From Eledone cirrhosa (taxonomy: Eukaryota): a stretch of 64,000 nucleotides of DNA. Below, one piece after another: positions 1 to 12,129 of the stretch (position 1 is its first letter; the number at the start of each line of letters is the position of its first letter). The DNA is taken from the NCBI GenBank assembly GCA_964016885.1, contig OZ024765.1, positions 14,074,001 through 14,138,000 on the forward strand, read 5' to 3'. Below the pieces are notes generated by a model. The model was not told the origin of the DNA. It did not search any database and saw only the letters and a program-made list of their open reading frames with translations. The translations under genes and the position numbers were made by a program.

Positions 1-87
1 ATCTATTGCAGTCATCCATGAATGTCTCTCCGACATTGTAGATATGTCCCTTGTGATGGCAGACAGTGGTTTCAGTTTGCTGGTCAT
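1..87 (-). CDS. Exon 2 (runs out of window) of a secreted Cys-rich protein with a pacifastin/VWC-like domain
   Basis: Minus-strand acceptor ctttcag at 94-88, phase 1. It reads (D)DQQTETTVCHHKGHIYNVGETFMDDCNR, i.e. a C-x-G-x-Y-x-G-E-x-F-x-DCN motif, and the phase matches the signal-peptide exon at 4414-4462. Confidence 0.75.
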   Translation of the reverse strand, partial: MTSKLKPLSAITRDISTMSERHSWMTAID

Positions 88-129
88 CTGAAAGATGGAG
101 GAGGAGGGATTGGTAGTAGGGAGGGAATA

Positions 130-510
130 TGGAAGGAAGGAAGAAAGAAAGGAGAAGTGAGTGAGTGTGAGAAAGGGAGGAAAGAAGGAGGAGATATGGA
201 AGGAAGGAAGAAAGAAGGAGGAGTGAGTGAGTGTGAGAAAGGGACGAAAAGAAGGAGGAGATATGGAAGGAAGGAAGAAAGAAGGAGGAGATGTGGAAGG
301 AAGGAAGAAAGAAGGAGGAGTGAGTGAGTGTGAGAAAGGGAGGAAAGAAGGAGGAGATATGGAAGGAAGGAAGAAAGAAGGAGGAGTGAGTGAGTGTGAG
401 AAAGGGAGGAAAGAAGGAGGAGATATGGAAGCAGGCAAGGAATATGGAGGGAAAGAAAAAAGAAGGAGGGAATATGGAAGGAAGAAAGAAAGCGGAGTGT
501 GAGAAAGAGA
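130..510. repeat. Purine-rich ~60-bp tandem repeat
   Basis: Repeated gagtgagtgtgagaaagggaggaaagaaggaggagatatggaagg units; they explain ORFs 22..327 and 227..502. Confidence 0.85.
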
Positions 511-569
511 GGAAGGAATTGATGGAAAGATGGGATGACGGAGGGAAAGAAATTAATGCGATAGGATAA

Positions 570-845
570 TTAATTTCATGTTGTATTTTAACTTTAATTT
601 TAATTTTATCCTCTTTTGATATGACTGTAATCTTTAAATGTATACTGCCACGCTAAATGTTATAATGGATGTCGACCCACCAAGCAACAATATATGCATA
701 TGTTTCTGTATGTCCCCTGGGTTGAAAAGGGGGTCATATATGTGATCATTCATTAATAAATTTCTCCGAAGAATCCAAACCTCGGTTTGGAGGAAACAAT
801 TGTAAGCATATAAATGATTTGAACAGAACTTTGATTCATATAACT
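570..845 (+). mobile_element. Penelope-like element 3' end/pLTR fragment
   Basis: Homologous to 2010-2270 and to the end of the GIY-YIG element at 30050-30225; ends in (TA)n. Confidence 0.7.
763..808 (+). ncRNA. Type-I hammerhead ribozyme motif (weakened stem I)
   Basis: CCGAAGA-a-TCCAAAC ctcg GTTTGGA-g-GAAA-CAATTG-TA; stem I carries a mismatch. Confidence 0.55.
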
Positions 846-872
<27 letters not shown>

Positions 873-877
<5 letters not shown>

Positions 878-1702
878 TTGTTTTTAGTAACCACACAGCT
901 CCTTTCATTTCATAACTGTTTGTATTTACCGCTGTGACCCTACCTGCTTTGGTCGACCTGTGTTCCCTCCACACTTTCGCATCGACCCTCCCTTCTCTCT
1001 TCCCTTCTCCTCCTCACTCGTTTTTTTTCTCCCTCCCTCTCTTTCTCACTATCCATCCGCTCGGTTTTGATTGTTGACATGTTTACACGATTGTTGACAT
1101 CTTTGCAGCACGTTTTTACCACCGTCATAAAAAACCCTTCTGGATTATCTCCCTTTCCCTTCTCCTCACTTTTGGTTGCCCATGTCACTCTCTCCCTTTC
1201 TCCTGTCTATGTTAGAGGCAGCACGATTATACCAGCTCTGAGTCGTAGCTGACCACCAGGCTAAAGTCTCCCAGGTTGGCCACAACTTACTTTCCCTATT
1301 TTTCCACGGTTACATTTTTGCATGTTTCTTTCACCTGTGTCTTCCCACTATGGGACCTGTACACTTTTTTTCTCCTATTCCTTTCCTATTTTTCCCGTTT
1401 TCCCTTCCCCCTTTCTTCCTCTCTCCTCATCTTTCCCCCCTTGTTCTTCCTCCTTTCCCTCGCTTTCCTTTTCTCTCTCCTTTTTTTTCTCTGTCCTTTT
1501 CCACCTGGCATTTTGATTAATAAAAGGCCTCGGGCGCACCCGAACTACACCGAAGTCCTGTAATTCAGTGCCGAAACATCGGTTCAGGAAACATTTACAG
1601 CTGACGATGGAAACTCCTTTCTTCCTTTCTCCTCCTGTTCCATCCTAACCACCATCTTAAACCTTGTTTTTAGTAACCACACAGCTCCTTTCGTTTCATA
1701 AC
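873..1702 (+). mobile_element. Element bounded by 44-bp direct repeats, probably a Penelope-like pLTR relic
   Basis: aaaccttgtttttagtaaccacacagctcctttc.tttcataact at 873-916 and 1659-1702, flanked on both sides by (TA)n. Confidence 0.45.
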
Positions 1703-1859
1703 TTTTTATATTTTTATATATATATATATATACATACATATACATATATATATACATATCATCGAAGTCCATATCATCGCTTCGCTGCGTATTTCCAATA
1801 TTTTTAATGCTTACACTATTTTTAATACTTATATTATTTCTCCACACACAGACTATAAG

Positions 1860-2270
1860 AATCATATAAAGAATTCGTCACCAGATCAACCAACCTAACA
1901 CTCTCGATTACCTGCTTAAGTGCTTCTACTACACGCGACTCTCTGCCACACTACATAAACAAGACGCACGTGCTTGCCACACGTATAACCTTTGCACTAT
2001 ATAATCGCTTAATTTCATGTTGTATTTTAACCTGTATTTTTGATTGTCTCTTTTAATATGAATGTAATCTCTAAGTGTGTACTGCCACTCTAAATGCTGT
2101 AATGAATGTTGACCCACAATATTTGCATATGTATCTGTATGTCTCTTGGGTGAAAAGGAGGTCATATAAGTGTTCATTCAATAATAAATTGCTCCGAAGA
2201 ATCCAAACCTCGGTTTGGAGGAAACAGTTGTAAGCACAAAAATGTTTTGAACAGTTCTTTGATTCTTATA
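1860..2270 (+). mobile_element. Penelope-like element 3' end/pLTR fragment
   Basis: Homologous to 570-845 and roughly 29780-30225; terminates in (TA)n. Confidence 0.7.
2190..2236 (+). ncRNA. Type-I hammerhead ribozyme motif
   Basis: TGCT-CCGAAGA-stem II (7 bp)-GAAA-CAGTTG-TA-AGCA. Confidence 0.65.
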
Positions 2271-2300
2271 ATTCATATATATACATATATATATATATAC

Positions 2301-3552
<1,252 letters not shown>

Positions 3553-3885
3553 GCGATAGAAATCTGAAAACTTTTACGACCTCAACTAAAGCTAATAGCA
3601 GTCGCCATGTCTCTGACTATCATCTCATTTCTACAGCTGAGTAAACTGGAGCAATGTGAAATAAAGTGTCTTGCTCAAGGAAACAACACATCACCCAGTC
3701 TGAGAATTGAACTCACAACATATATACATATATATACATATATATGTATATATATATATATTTATTAAAATAACAGATTAAAGTTTAAGCAAAGAATCGC
3801 TGCTTTCACCCTTAACGGGATCTTCTGAAACTAACCCTGGATTTTAGTCTTCAATTTTAGTCTTCAATTTTATTATTATTACTAT

Positions 3886-3927
<42 letters not shown>

Positions 3928-4029
3928 CTGCCTTTGTATGTTCACAGGCTGAAGCATACATCTAGTATACACCACTTAACCTCTATCCTCCCTCCTCCTT
4001 CCATACACTTCCCATGCCCTAACCCTCCA

Positions 4030-4388
4030 GCCACCCCCTTTCAATTCCATCCACCCCAGTCCACACTGTAAATGTGGTTTGAATCCAAAGTGGTGTGCAA
4101 GAGAGAAGACTGTGTTGGTATGGAGTATGAATATGTGATGCATATGGATGTTAGTTGCTGGGTGAAGAGGTGCCAGGAGATCCCAGTGGAGGGAAGTTGC
4201 AGTAAAGGTAAACCAAGAAAGATCTGGGCAGAGGTTGTGAAAGCTGATCTCAAATCGCTGAGACTCAAAGAGGAGATGACAAAAGAAAGTGACGAGTGGA
4301 GAGATGTTGTGCTGAAAAGGACCCATCCAACCCATGCAAGTGTGGAAAAAATAGACATAAAAATGAAGATGATGATGATGATGATGAA
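4030..4388 (+). mobile_element. RTE LINE 3' fragment
   Basis: WVKRC..IPVEGS..KGKPRKIWAEVVKADL followed by a (GAT)n tail. Confidence 0.75.
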
Positions 4389-4413
4389 GTAATATCATTC
4401 TGTTGTGTCTTAC

Positions 4414-4462
4414 CTGCAAAAGCAGCAACGAAGAAACAGCAGAGAACAGCCAACTTAAACAT
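4414..4462 (-). CDS. Exon 1 (signal peptide) of the secreted Cys-rich protein
   Basis: MFKLAVLCCFFVAAFA+G followed by donor G|GTAAGA. Classic signal-peptide pattern (basic residue, hydrophobic core, A-F-A end). Confidence 0.75.
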
Positions 4463-4516
4463 GATGTCCAGTTTACAATAACCAAAAATGGAAGACTTTT
4501 AATGTTACCCAACCAA

Positions 4517-4522
4517 TTTATA
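4517..4522 (-). promoter_or_regulatory. Candidate TATA box of the secreted-protein gene
   Basis: TATAAA on the minus strand about 55 bp upstream of the ATG at 4462. Confidence 0.4.
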
Positions 4523-4817
4523 AGAGTTTGCTTATCACTGAAATATTATTGCAGCGTGATTCAACAGACACAGTTAATAAGATTAGAGATAATTGTCTAA
4601 ATGTCAATAACAAACTGTCAAAACAAAGACGAGAAATGAAAATAAAAAATGAAAAATAAATTTATAAAAAAGTTACAATCAACCTTGAATCTTGACACAA
4701 ATAAATTTGTTTTGATAACACTGGGAACTTCAACATCTGTGAAAGAAGGTATAACTAATTTTAGGGTGAATTTTTTGATAATAAGTCATTGGTAAATGAT
4801 TGTAATAAAAAGGTGTA

Positions 4818-5149
4818 TCATCATCATTTTACGTCCACTTTTCCCTGCTTGCAAGGGTGGGATGGGAACTGATTCTGGCTTGATTTCTACAGCTGGATGC
4901 CCTTCCTAACACCAACCTCATTTACAGTGAGTGCTGGGTGCCTTTTTGCCGTAGCACCTCCACGACCACTTTGCAGTGGAATGATATGGACTCCAGTCCC
5001 TATTATCTCATTTCTACAGCTGAGTAAACTGGAGTAATGTGAAATAAAGTGTCTTGCTCAAGGAAACAACACATCACCCGGTCTGAGAATTGAACTCACA
5101 ACCTTTCGATTGCAAGGCCAATGCTCTAACCACTAAGCCATGTGCCTCC
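4818..5149 (-). mobile_element. tRNA-derived SINE (family A) with RTE-like 3' tail
   Basis: Head GGAGGCACATGGCTTAGTGG (A box)...GTTCAATTC (B box), a CCTTGAGCAAGACACTT core, and a tail shared with the RTE 3' end. Confidence 0.85.
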
Positions 5150-5174
5150 ATATGAACATATAAATAATATACTT

Positions 5175-5780
5175 ATGTAATAATTGTTTCTACTACTGGT
5201 ACTTTATTTTATCGACCCCGTAAGGATGAAAAGTAAAGTTAACCTCGGCAGGATTTGAACTCAGAATGTTTGTGATTTAGGCACAAGGTCAGCATTTTTG
5301 AAGGATGGGAAAGTTGATTAAACTACCCCAGTGCTTTACTTCTATCAACCCTTGTAAGGATGAAAGACAAAGCTAACCTCAATAATAATAATTGTTTCTA
5401 CTTTAGGCACAAGGCCAGCAATTACCCAGTGCATTACTGGTACTTTATTTTATCGACCCCGTAAGGATGAAAGGCAAAGTCAACCTCGGCGGGATTTGAA
5501 CTCAGATCATAAAGGGACGTAACTATGCTGGAAAGCATGGCGTCAAACCCTCTACCGATACTGCCAATCCACCGCCCTCCAACCTCAATAATAATAATGC
5601 TTTCTGCCAATCCACCGCCAATCCAACCTCAATAATAATAATGCTTTCTGGCACAAGGCCAACAATTTTTGAACAAGGGGAATGTCGATTAAATCTACCT
5701 CGGTGCATTACTGGTACTTTATTTTATCAACGTAGTAAGGATGAAAGGCAGAGCTAACCTCGGCGGGATTTGAACTCAAA
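5175..5780 (-). mobile_element. Cluster of SINE family B fragments
   Basis: Repeated GAGTTCAAATCCCGCCGAGGTT.ACTTTGCCTTTCATCCTTACGGGGTCGATAAAATAAAGTACCAG core. Further copies at about 6920-7300, 8505-8595, 11895-12080, 20450-20710, 24862-25048, 47225-47345, 51405-51480 and 59540-59726. Confidence 0.8.
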
Positions 5781-6109
5781 ACAAAGGGATATATTTCAAA
5801 GCTATAAAGCATGTTGTCTGAAGCTCTACCAAATTCTGCCACTCTACTGCCCTTGAGTATACTATAATAAACAACCCGTGGTTACAGTAGAAGCCACCTA
5901 CAGTGGGTCTGTCATGTTCTTGACACAGCTGAAAAATCCTCCTGACCCTTTGTTTGGCAGGTTTTCTATGGCTGGATCCCCTTCCTATCACGAATAGGTT
6001 TACAGAGTGTACTGGGTGTATTTTATTCTCTGTTAGTGATGGTCCCCAAACCACCTCCCTACTCACTGCTATCGAGATGGAGTTGGCCCAACACACTGGA
6101 GTGAACTCC

Positions 6110-6790
6110 ATAATGTGGACTGGCTTTTTGTAAAGCACATCTCTAAAATTGTGAAGAAGGCCAAGGGTGTCTTGGCATCACTCAGCAAGACCATTGTCAG
6201 CCGTTCTCAGGCAATCTATTTAAAGCTGTATATAGCTATGGTGTAGCCACACTTAGAATTTGCATCACCAGTCTGGAACCCTTATCTTGTTCAGAATATT
6301 GACCTCCTGGAAACTGTTCAGAGACGTGTAACCAAGCGAATACCGTCCATCAGGCATCTACCATACTCTGAATGCCTTGCATGAAAACATTGAAGCTCCG
6401 ACGTCTGGCAGCTGACTTGGTAAACACCCACAAAATTATTAACCAAGAACAACCCTGGGTACCTTTTTGATTTCCCTGTGTCTAACACACGTGAGCATGT
6501 GGACAAAGCCAGAAAAGAGCACAGCTCCCATGACTTTCGGAAACATTTTTTCACGCTCAGAGTTGCTGAAGCATGGAACAAACTACCTACAATAGTTGTT
6601 AGCTGCCAAGACACTGCATCCTTTAAAACCTCCATGGAACAAACTACCTGCATCAGTTATTAGCTGCCAAGACACTGCATCCTTTAAAACCTCCATGGAA
6701 CAAACTCCCTGCATCAGTTGTTAGCTGTTGGGGACACTGCATCCTTTAAAACCTCCATACTTTCTGAAATTCGCCAACACTACACCTGAT
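6110..6790 (+). mobile_element. CR1/L2-type LINE 3' fragment (degenerate)
   Basis: KLYIAMV*PHLEFASPVWNPY...LETVQRRVTK...RKHFFTLRVAEAWNKLP, with stops and frameshifts. Confidence 0.85.
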
Positions 6791-7454
6791 ATCCCACATG
6801 CACACATTTATCTGTGTTTATATCATGACTAATGCACTGTTCACTTTCCTGACATTTGTACATTATTCTATGTACTATACATGCACCTTTGATGAGTTGT
6901 AGTGCGCCTGAGCACTTTGCCGCATAGAGTTACGGCCCTTTATGATCTGAATTCAAATCCTGCCGAGGTTAACTTTGTCTTTCATTCTTACGGGGTCGAT
7001 AAAATAAAGTACCAGTAATGTACTGGGTAATTGCTGGCCTTGTGCCAAAAGTAGAAACAATTATTATTATTATTACATTATTTAAAAACCTCTAATAGTT
7101 TCTGATTTAGGTGCAAGGCCAACAATTTTGGGGATGGGAAAGTCGATTAAATCGACCCCAGTGCATTACTGGTGCTTTATTTTATCGACCCCGTAAGGAT
7201 GAAAGGCATAGTCAACCTCGGTGGGATTTGAACTCAGATCGTAAAGGGGAGTAACTCTAAGCTGCATAGCACGACATCCGACCCTCTACCTATACTACCT
7301 ATCCACATACAATAATACTATTACAAACACGCACACACTCACATAAAATAGCGACGACATACGCTTTTTCATAAAATCATACGCATACTCACGCACATAT
7401 ACATAGAAAACATAAACAACACGCACATGTATTCACGCAAGTACACACACAACT

Positions 7455-7514
7455 ACGTCATCATACCACGTGACAGTAATTTAACCAATCAGAACAGAGA
7501 ATTCCAATTTCAAA
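7455..7514 (+). promoter_or_regulatory. Proximal promoter of the CKAP2-like gene (CRE half-site, E-box, two CCAAT, CHR-like)
   Basis: ACGTCA 7455-7460, CACGTGAC 7467-7474, CCAAT at 7485 and 7504, TTCAAA (reverse of TTTGAA) 7509-7514, all just upstream of ATG 7546. Confidence 0.6.
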
Positions 7515-7545
7515 ATTTCTGCTCAAACTTCCTCGAATAAAAAGA

Positions 7546-7573
7546 ATGGAGGCGAAGCATAAGCGGTCCTCTG
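7546..7573 (+). CDS. CKAP2: CKAP2-like exon 1
   Basis: MEAKHKRSS+G then donor GTGAGT, phase 1. Confidence 0.75.
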
Positions 7574-7986
7574 GTGAGTTTTCAGTTATTTATTATTAGA
7601 GTTTTTAGTTATATATTTAAAACAAATAACCTGAAGAAAATGTAAATATCTCGTCTGTATTATGTATATATATATATATGTATACACACGTTTATGTTGT
7701 TAGGTTTAGCGACATATCTGCAGTGCAGTGCGCTTGTTGATATATATTTATATTTTTTAATGAAATCTTTTCAATGTTTATATAACAATTATGTTGATGA
7801 ACATTAAATATAATTGTAGTTCATAGTTGTAGAATTGCCATTGCGTTTCTGTATAAAATATAATATAATTTCATATACAAGCTTTCCTGCGTTAAGGGGC
7901 TTTTTGGCTGGGCTTAAGCCCTTAATGTGGAAACGAGCTGAATGATCTTAGTTTTTACTACACTGATTTCCTATTGACTCTAAATA

Positions 7987-8506
7987 TGTTAGTATGATCA
8001 TGTTTTTAATTCCTTGTTAGTCTGGTATGGGTATGTGGTTAGAATGTCTCGGGAAAGAATCGCTGGAAAGATTTTACGGGCGAAAACAATCGATAGGAGT
8101 CCCAGGGGTAGACCCTGAGCAAGATGGTTATATAACATCCATCAGCTTGGCTTGACTCGCTTGGAGACGGTTGCTTCTGCCAGGACCCACTGGAAGGAGA
8201 GTTTGAGGACTCTGTCAAAACGATCGTCTAAGGAATAAGAGGGTGAAGAAGAAGTCTCGCAATTGTGTTTATAAATATAAACCTTCTGAAAGAATTGTGA
8301 ACAGTTACATATTTGTAAAGTTCTGAACAAATTGCGAGCAATTTATAATGTTATTTACGCATTTGTAATGTTATTTATGTATATATTTAAAACATATTTG
8401 TAATGTTATTTATGTATATATTTAAACATATTTGTAATGTTATTTATATAACTGTGAATAAAGTTTATTAATATATCTCGTGTTTATGATAAAGCGTGAG
8501 CTAATA
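7987..8506 (+). mobile_element. Solo-LTR-like relic
   Basis: TGTTAG...CTAATA ends, internal TATATAA (about 8129) and AATAAA (about 8457); related fragments at about 14375-14420 and 48120-48210. No target-site duplication seen. Confidence 0.35.
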
Positions 8507-8729
8507 ATAATTGTTTCTACTTTTGGCATAAGGCCAGCAATACACCAGTGCATTACTGGTACTTTATTTTATCGACCCTGTAAGGATGAAAGGCAATACA
8601 CATATACAGTATATATATATTTAAGCCCCTCCAGTCCCAAGTACACTTTAAATAAGAGTACTAAGTTGAATAACGATTTTTCTCGACTTGTAACTTCTTC
8701 CCTTTATATCATCATCATCGTCATTTTCC

Positions 8730-8985
8730 TGCCACTGGTGCAGCCAGTCGTTGGGGTGTCACTCTAGATGTGCCACCGATAGAGCCAGTTGTTGGGGTGC
8801 CACCGATACATCCAGTTGTTGGGGTGCCACTGGTACAGCCAGTCGTTGGGGTGCCACTGGTACAGCCAGTCGTTGGGGTACCACTCTAGATGTGCCACCG
8901 ATACAGCCAGTCGTTGGGGTGCCACTCTAAATGTGCAATCAGTCATTGGGGTGCCACTGATACAAACAGTTGTTGGGGTGTCACA
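8730..8985. repeat. ~30-bp minisatellite
   Basis: gtgccactggtacagccagtcgttgggg-like units. Confidence 0.8.
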
Positions 8986-9287
8986 CAAGACACTTTCACA
9001 GGCAGCCGTTTCCACTAGTCTCTATTCACCATCATACGTAGAAGGGTCTCAGTGTTGTGACCAGTCCAGTCTTTGATGTTGTCAGAGCAGGATTTTCTTT
9101 GTCTGCCTCTCCGTCACCCTCCTCCTCAACTGGACCCTGAAGGATGGTTTTAGACAAGGAGTTGTGGCAGGATATATGACCATACCAAGCAAGCTTCCAT
9201 CTTTACACCATCACTAGGAGTAGTTTCTGTCTGCCTGACAAAGCTGTTTGTTTTCTGCTCCATATGGGATGGAGAGCAACCTTCTGA

Positions 9288-9542
9288 AGCAGTTGTGCTT
9301 GAATGACTGGATTCTTTGTTCCATGTTAGCTGTGAGAGTCCAACTCTCTCACCCATACAAAAGAATAAGCAGTTGTGCTTCCATGTCAGCTGTGACAGTC
9401 TAACTCTCTCACCCATACAAAAGAATAAGCAGTTGTGCTTCCATGTCAGCTGTGACAGTCTAACTCTCTCACCCATACAAAAGAATAAGCAGTTGTGCTT
9501 CCATGTCAGCTGTGACAGTCTAACTCTCTCACCCATACAAAA
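9288..9542. repeat. 60-bp tandem repeat, about 4 copies
   Basis: gcagttgtgcttccatgtcagctgtgacagtctaactctctcacccatacaaaagaataa. Confidence 0.9.
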
Positions 9543-9814
9543 GGATCGAAGTCACCAAGGACTTATATAGTTTGAGTTTTAGTGGAAAACTGATGGAGTT
9601 GCCTTTCCTTATGACATTCAGCTTTAACAAGGCAGAAGTGGCTAGGGCAAATCTTGTCAGTATTACTCTATATTTACTATTGTATTTTCATGGTAAAGGC
9701 TTTATCTATGAAATGTTGAGGTTATTTATTTTACGAACAATACCTAAACATTGGTATGAGTGGGTGGTTACAGCCGGTTTGAACAGAAGGTGGTGAGAGA
9801 ATTCTGGCCGGATA

Positions 9815-10165
9815 TCCATCATCCATATCCAGTTTTGGTCTTTAGGGTGCTGCGGTTGTCCTGGACTCCGCGGTAGGCAACACCAGGCCATGTCTCACAG
9901 CCGCTCTCCATGAATTACTGTCCATAATATTGACATCGGCCAAGTTGCATTTATACAAATCACACTTCGCGCACTCCAACCACGTCTTCCTTGGTCTGCC
10001 GCGATCTCTCGTGCCAGGGATTGCCAAGTGAGTGATGGAGTTGATGCATGACATGGCTCGCTGTACATCTCCATACCAACAGAGACGTGTGCTAAGGACA
10101 GCAGTGATCTCATCCACACCCAGCTTCTGGTGGAGCATGGTCGAAGGGGTCTCATCTTTCAATTT
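9815..10165 (-). mobile_element. RTE LINE 3' fragment (second subfamily) nested in a MITE
   Basis: RLCWYGDVQR...GTRDRGRPRKTWLEC; flanked by piggyBac-type MITE sequence. Confidence 0.8.
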
Positions 10166-10383
10166 GGCGCCACAGATTCACCAAATCATGGCACGATATG
10201 GCCGGTTTAAATGCTAATGGGTTGAAAAAGAACCCTTTACAAAGGGTGACTTTGTAGGACATAACAAAAGCCAGCTTTGAACAGGGTTCTATCAAAAGGA
10301 CTTAAACAGAAATTACCCTTTTATTTCTTCCTATTTTTTCCTCCATTTAATTCTGTTTACTTGTATTGTTTCCTTTTTCACAG

Positions 10384-10465
10384 TGAATCAGGAATATTTG
10401 AAACGCTGGCAAATATACAAATCTGAAAAAATACAGAAACAAGGAAAGGGAACAGTAAAACCATG
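10384..10465 (+). CDS. CKAP2: CKAP2-like exon 2
   Basis: Polypyrimidine-cag acceptor; (V)NQEYLKRWQIYKSEKIQKQGKGTVKP; donor GTAAGT, phase 2. Confidence 0.8.
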
Positions 10466-10626
10466 GTAAGTAGTCATCATCATCATCATCATCGATTAAC
10501 GTCTATCTTCCACGCTAGCATGGGTTAGACAGGTTTGTCCCATTTAGAGGTAAGTTGGGTCGAGTCACCGTGTCTCGCTCATATAGGAGTGTTACTGGCT
10601 GGATGCCCTTCCTAACACCAGCCACA

Positions 10627-11452
10627 TTTACAATGTGTGCTGGGTGCTTTTTGCCGTGTCTTTTACATGTCCACTTTACAGTGTGGGCTGGGTGCTTTTT
10701 GTCATGACATCTACACAACCACTTTACAGTGTGGGCTGGGTGCTTTTTGTCATGACATCTACACAACCACTTTACAGTGTGGGCTGGGTGCTTTTTGTCA
10801 TGACATCTACACAACCACTTTACAGTGTGGGCTGGGTGCTTTTTGTCATGACATCTACACAACCACTTTACAGTGTGGGCTGGGTGCTTTTTGTCATGAC
10901 ATCTACACAACCACTTTACAGTGTGGGCTGGGTGCTTTTTGTCATGACATCTACACGACCACTTTACAGTGTGGGCTGGGTGCTTTTTGTCATGACATCT
11001 ACACGACCACTTTACAGTGTGGGCTGGGTGCTTTTTGTCATGACATCTACACAACCACTTTACAGTGTGGGCTAAATGCTTTTTGTCATGACATCTACAT
11101 GATCACTTTACAGTGTGGGCTAAATGCTTTTTGTCATGACATCTACACAACCACTTTACAGTGTGGGCTGGGTGCTTTTTGTCATGACATCTACACAACC
11201 ACTTTACAGTGTGGGCTAAATGCTTTTTGTCATGACATCTACATGATCACTTTACAGTGTGGGCTAAATGCTTTTTGTCATGACATCTACACAACCACTT
11301 TACAGTGTGGGCTAAATGCTTTTTGTCATGACATCTACATGATCACTTTACAGTGTGGGCTAAATACTTTTTGTCATGACATCTACACAACCACTTTACA
11401 GTGTGGGCTAAATGCTTTTTGTCGTGACATCTACATGATCACTTTACAGTGT
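10627..11452. repeat. 48-bp minisatellite (about 17 copies) derived from the RTE/SINE 3' UTR
   Basis: tttacagtgtgggctgggtgctttttgtcatgacatctacacaaccac, continuous with the RTE tail at 10476-10630. Confidence 0.9.
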
Positions 11453-11493
11453 GGAAATACTTAAGGCCATGGTGGTGGGGTACAAAGTATTGC

Positions 11494-11779
11494 TTAACTC
11501 TTTAGCATTTACATTACTCTATATACCCTATTGTATTTTCACAGTAAAGGCTTTACCTCAGATAATATCTCACATAACATTTACATTACTCTATATATAC
11601 TATTATATTTTCATGGTAAAGGCTTTACCTCACATAATATCGAATCTGAGACTTTAAAATTATTTATTTTGAGAACAATATCACAACATCATTATGAGTG
11701 GCCGGTTATAGTGAGTTTGAACAGAAAGAGGTGAGAGAATTGTGGTCGGATATGTCTGGTTTAAATGCTAAAGGGTTAA
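11494..11779. mobile_element. piggyBac-type non-autonomous MITE
   Basis: TTAA-C(C/T)CTTTAGCATT...AATGCTAAAGGG-TTAA. Other copies at about 24765-25166, 31836-32040, 37780-38350, 38460-38679, 44100-45477, 46532-46759 and 62347-62541. Confidence 0.8.
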
Positions 11780-12129
11780 TACCTGTTTTTATGGCAAGTT
11801 TATGCTGGTGTTTATTCCCATTCCCTCCAACTTTTATTGAATGCAATTGCAACAAAAAAAAAAACCCAATTATTTACGGGATGACCATAGGTCTTGGCAG
11901 CATAGAGTTGCGGCCATTTACAGTCTGAGTTCAAATCCCGCCGAGGTTAGCTTACCCTTTCATACTGAGTAAGGTCGATAAAATAAAGTACCAGTAACGC
12001 ACTGGGATCGATTTAATCCACTTTCTCGCCTCTCCCCCCAAATTGTTGTTCTTGTGCGTGAATCAGAAACAATTATTATTGGTGTTGTTATTATTAAATA
12101 CTGGAATATCATATCCATAATATAAACCA

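Noticed and set aside
1545-1620. Hammerhead-like words (CCGAAG...CGAAAC; CTGACGA..GAAA)
   Set aside because: Stems I and II do not pair convincingly; at most a decayed relic.
10515-11464. Cys/His-rich repetitive ORFs on both strands
   Set aside because: They come from the 48-bp minisatellite derived from a LINE 3' UTR.
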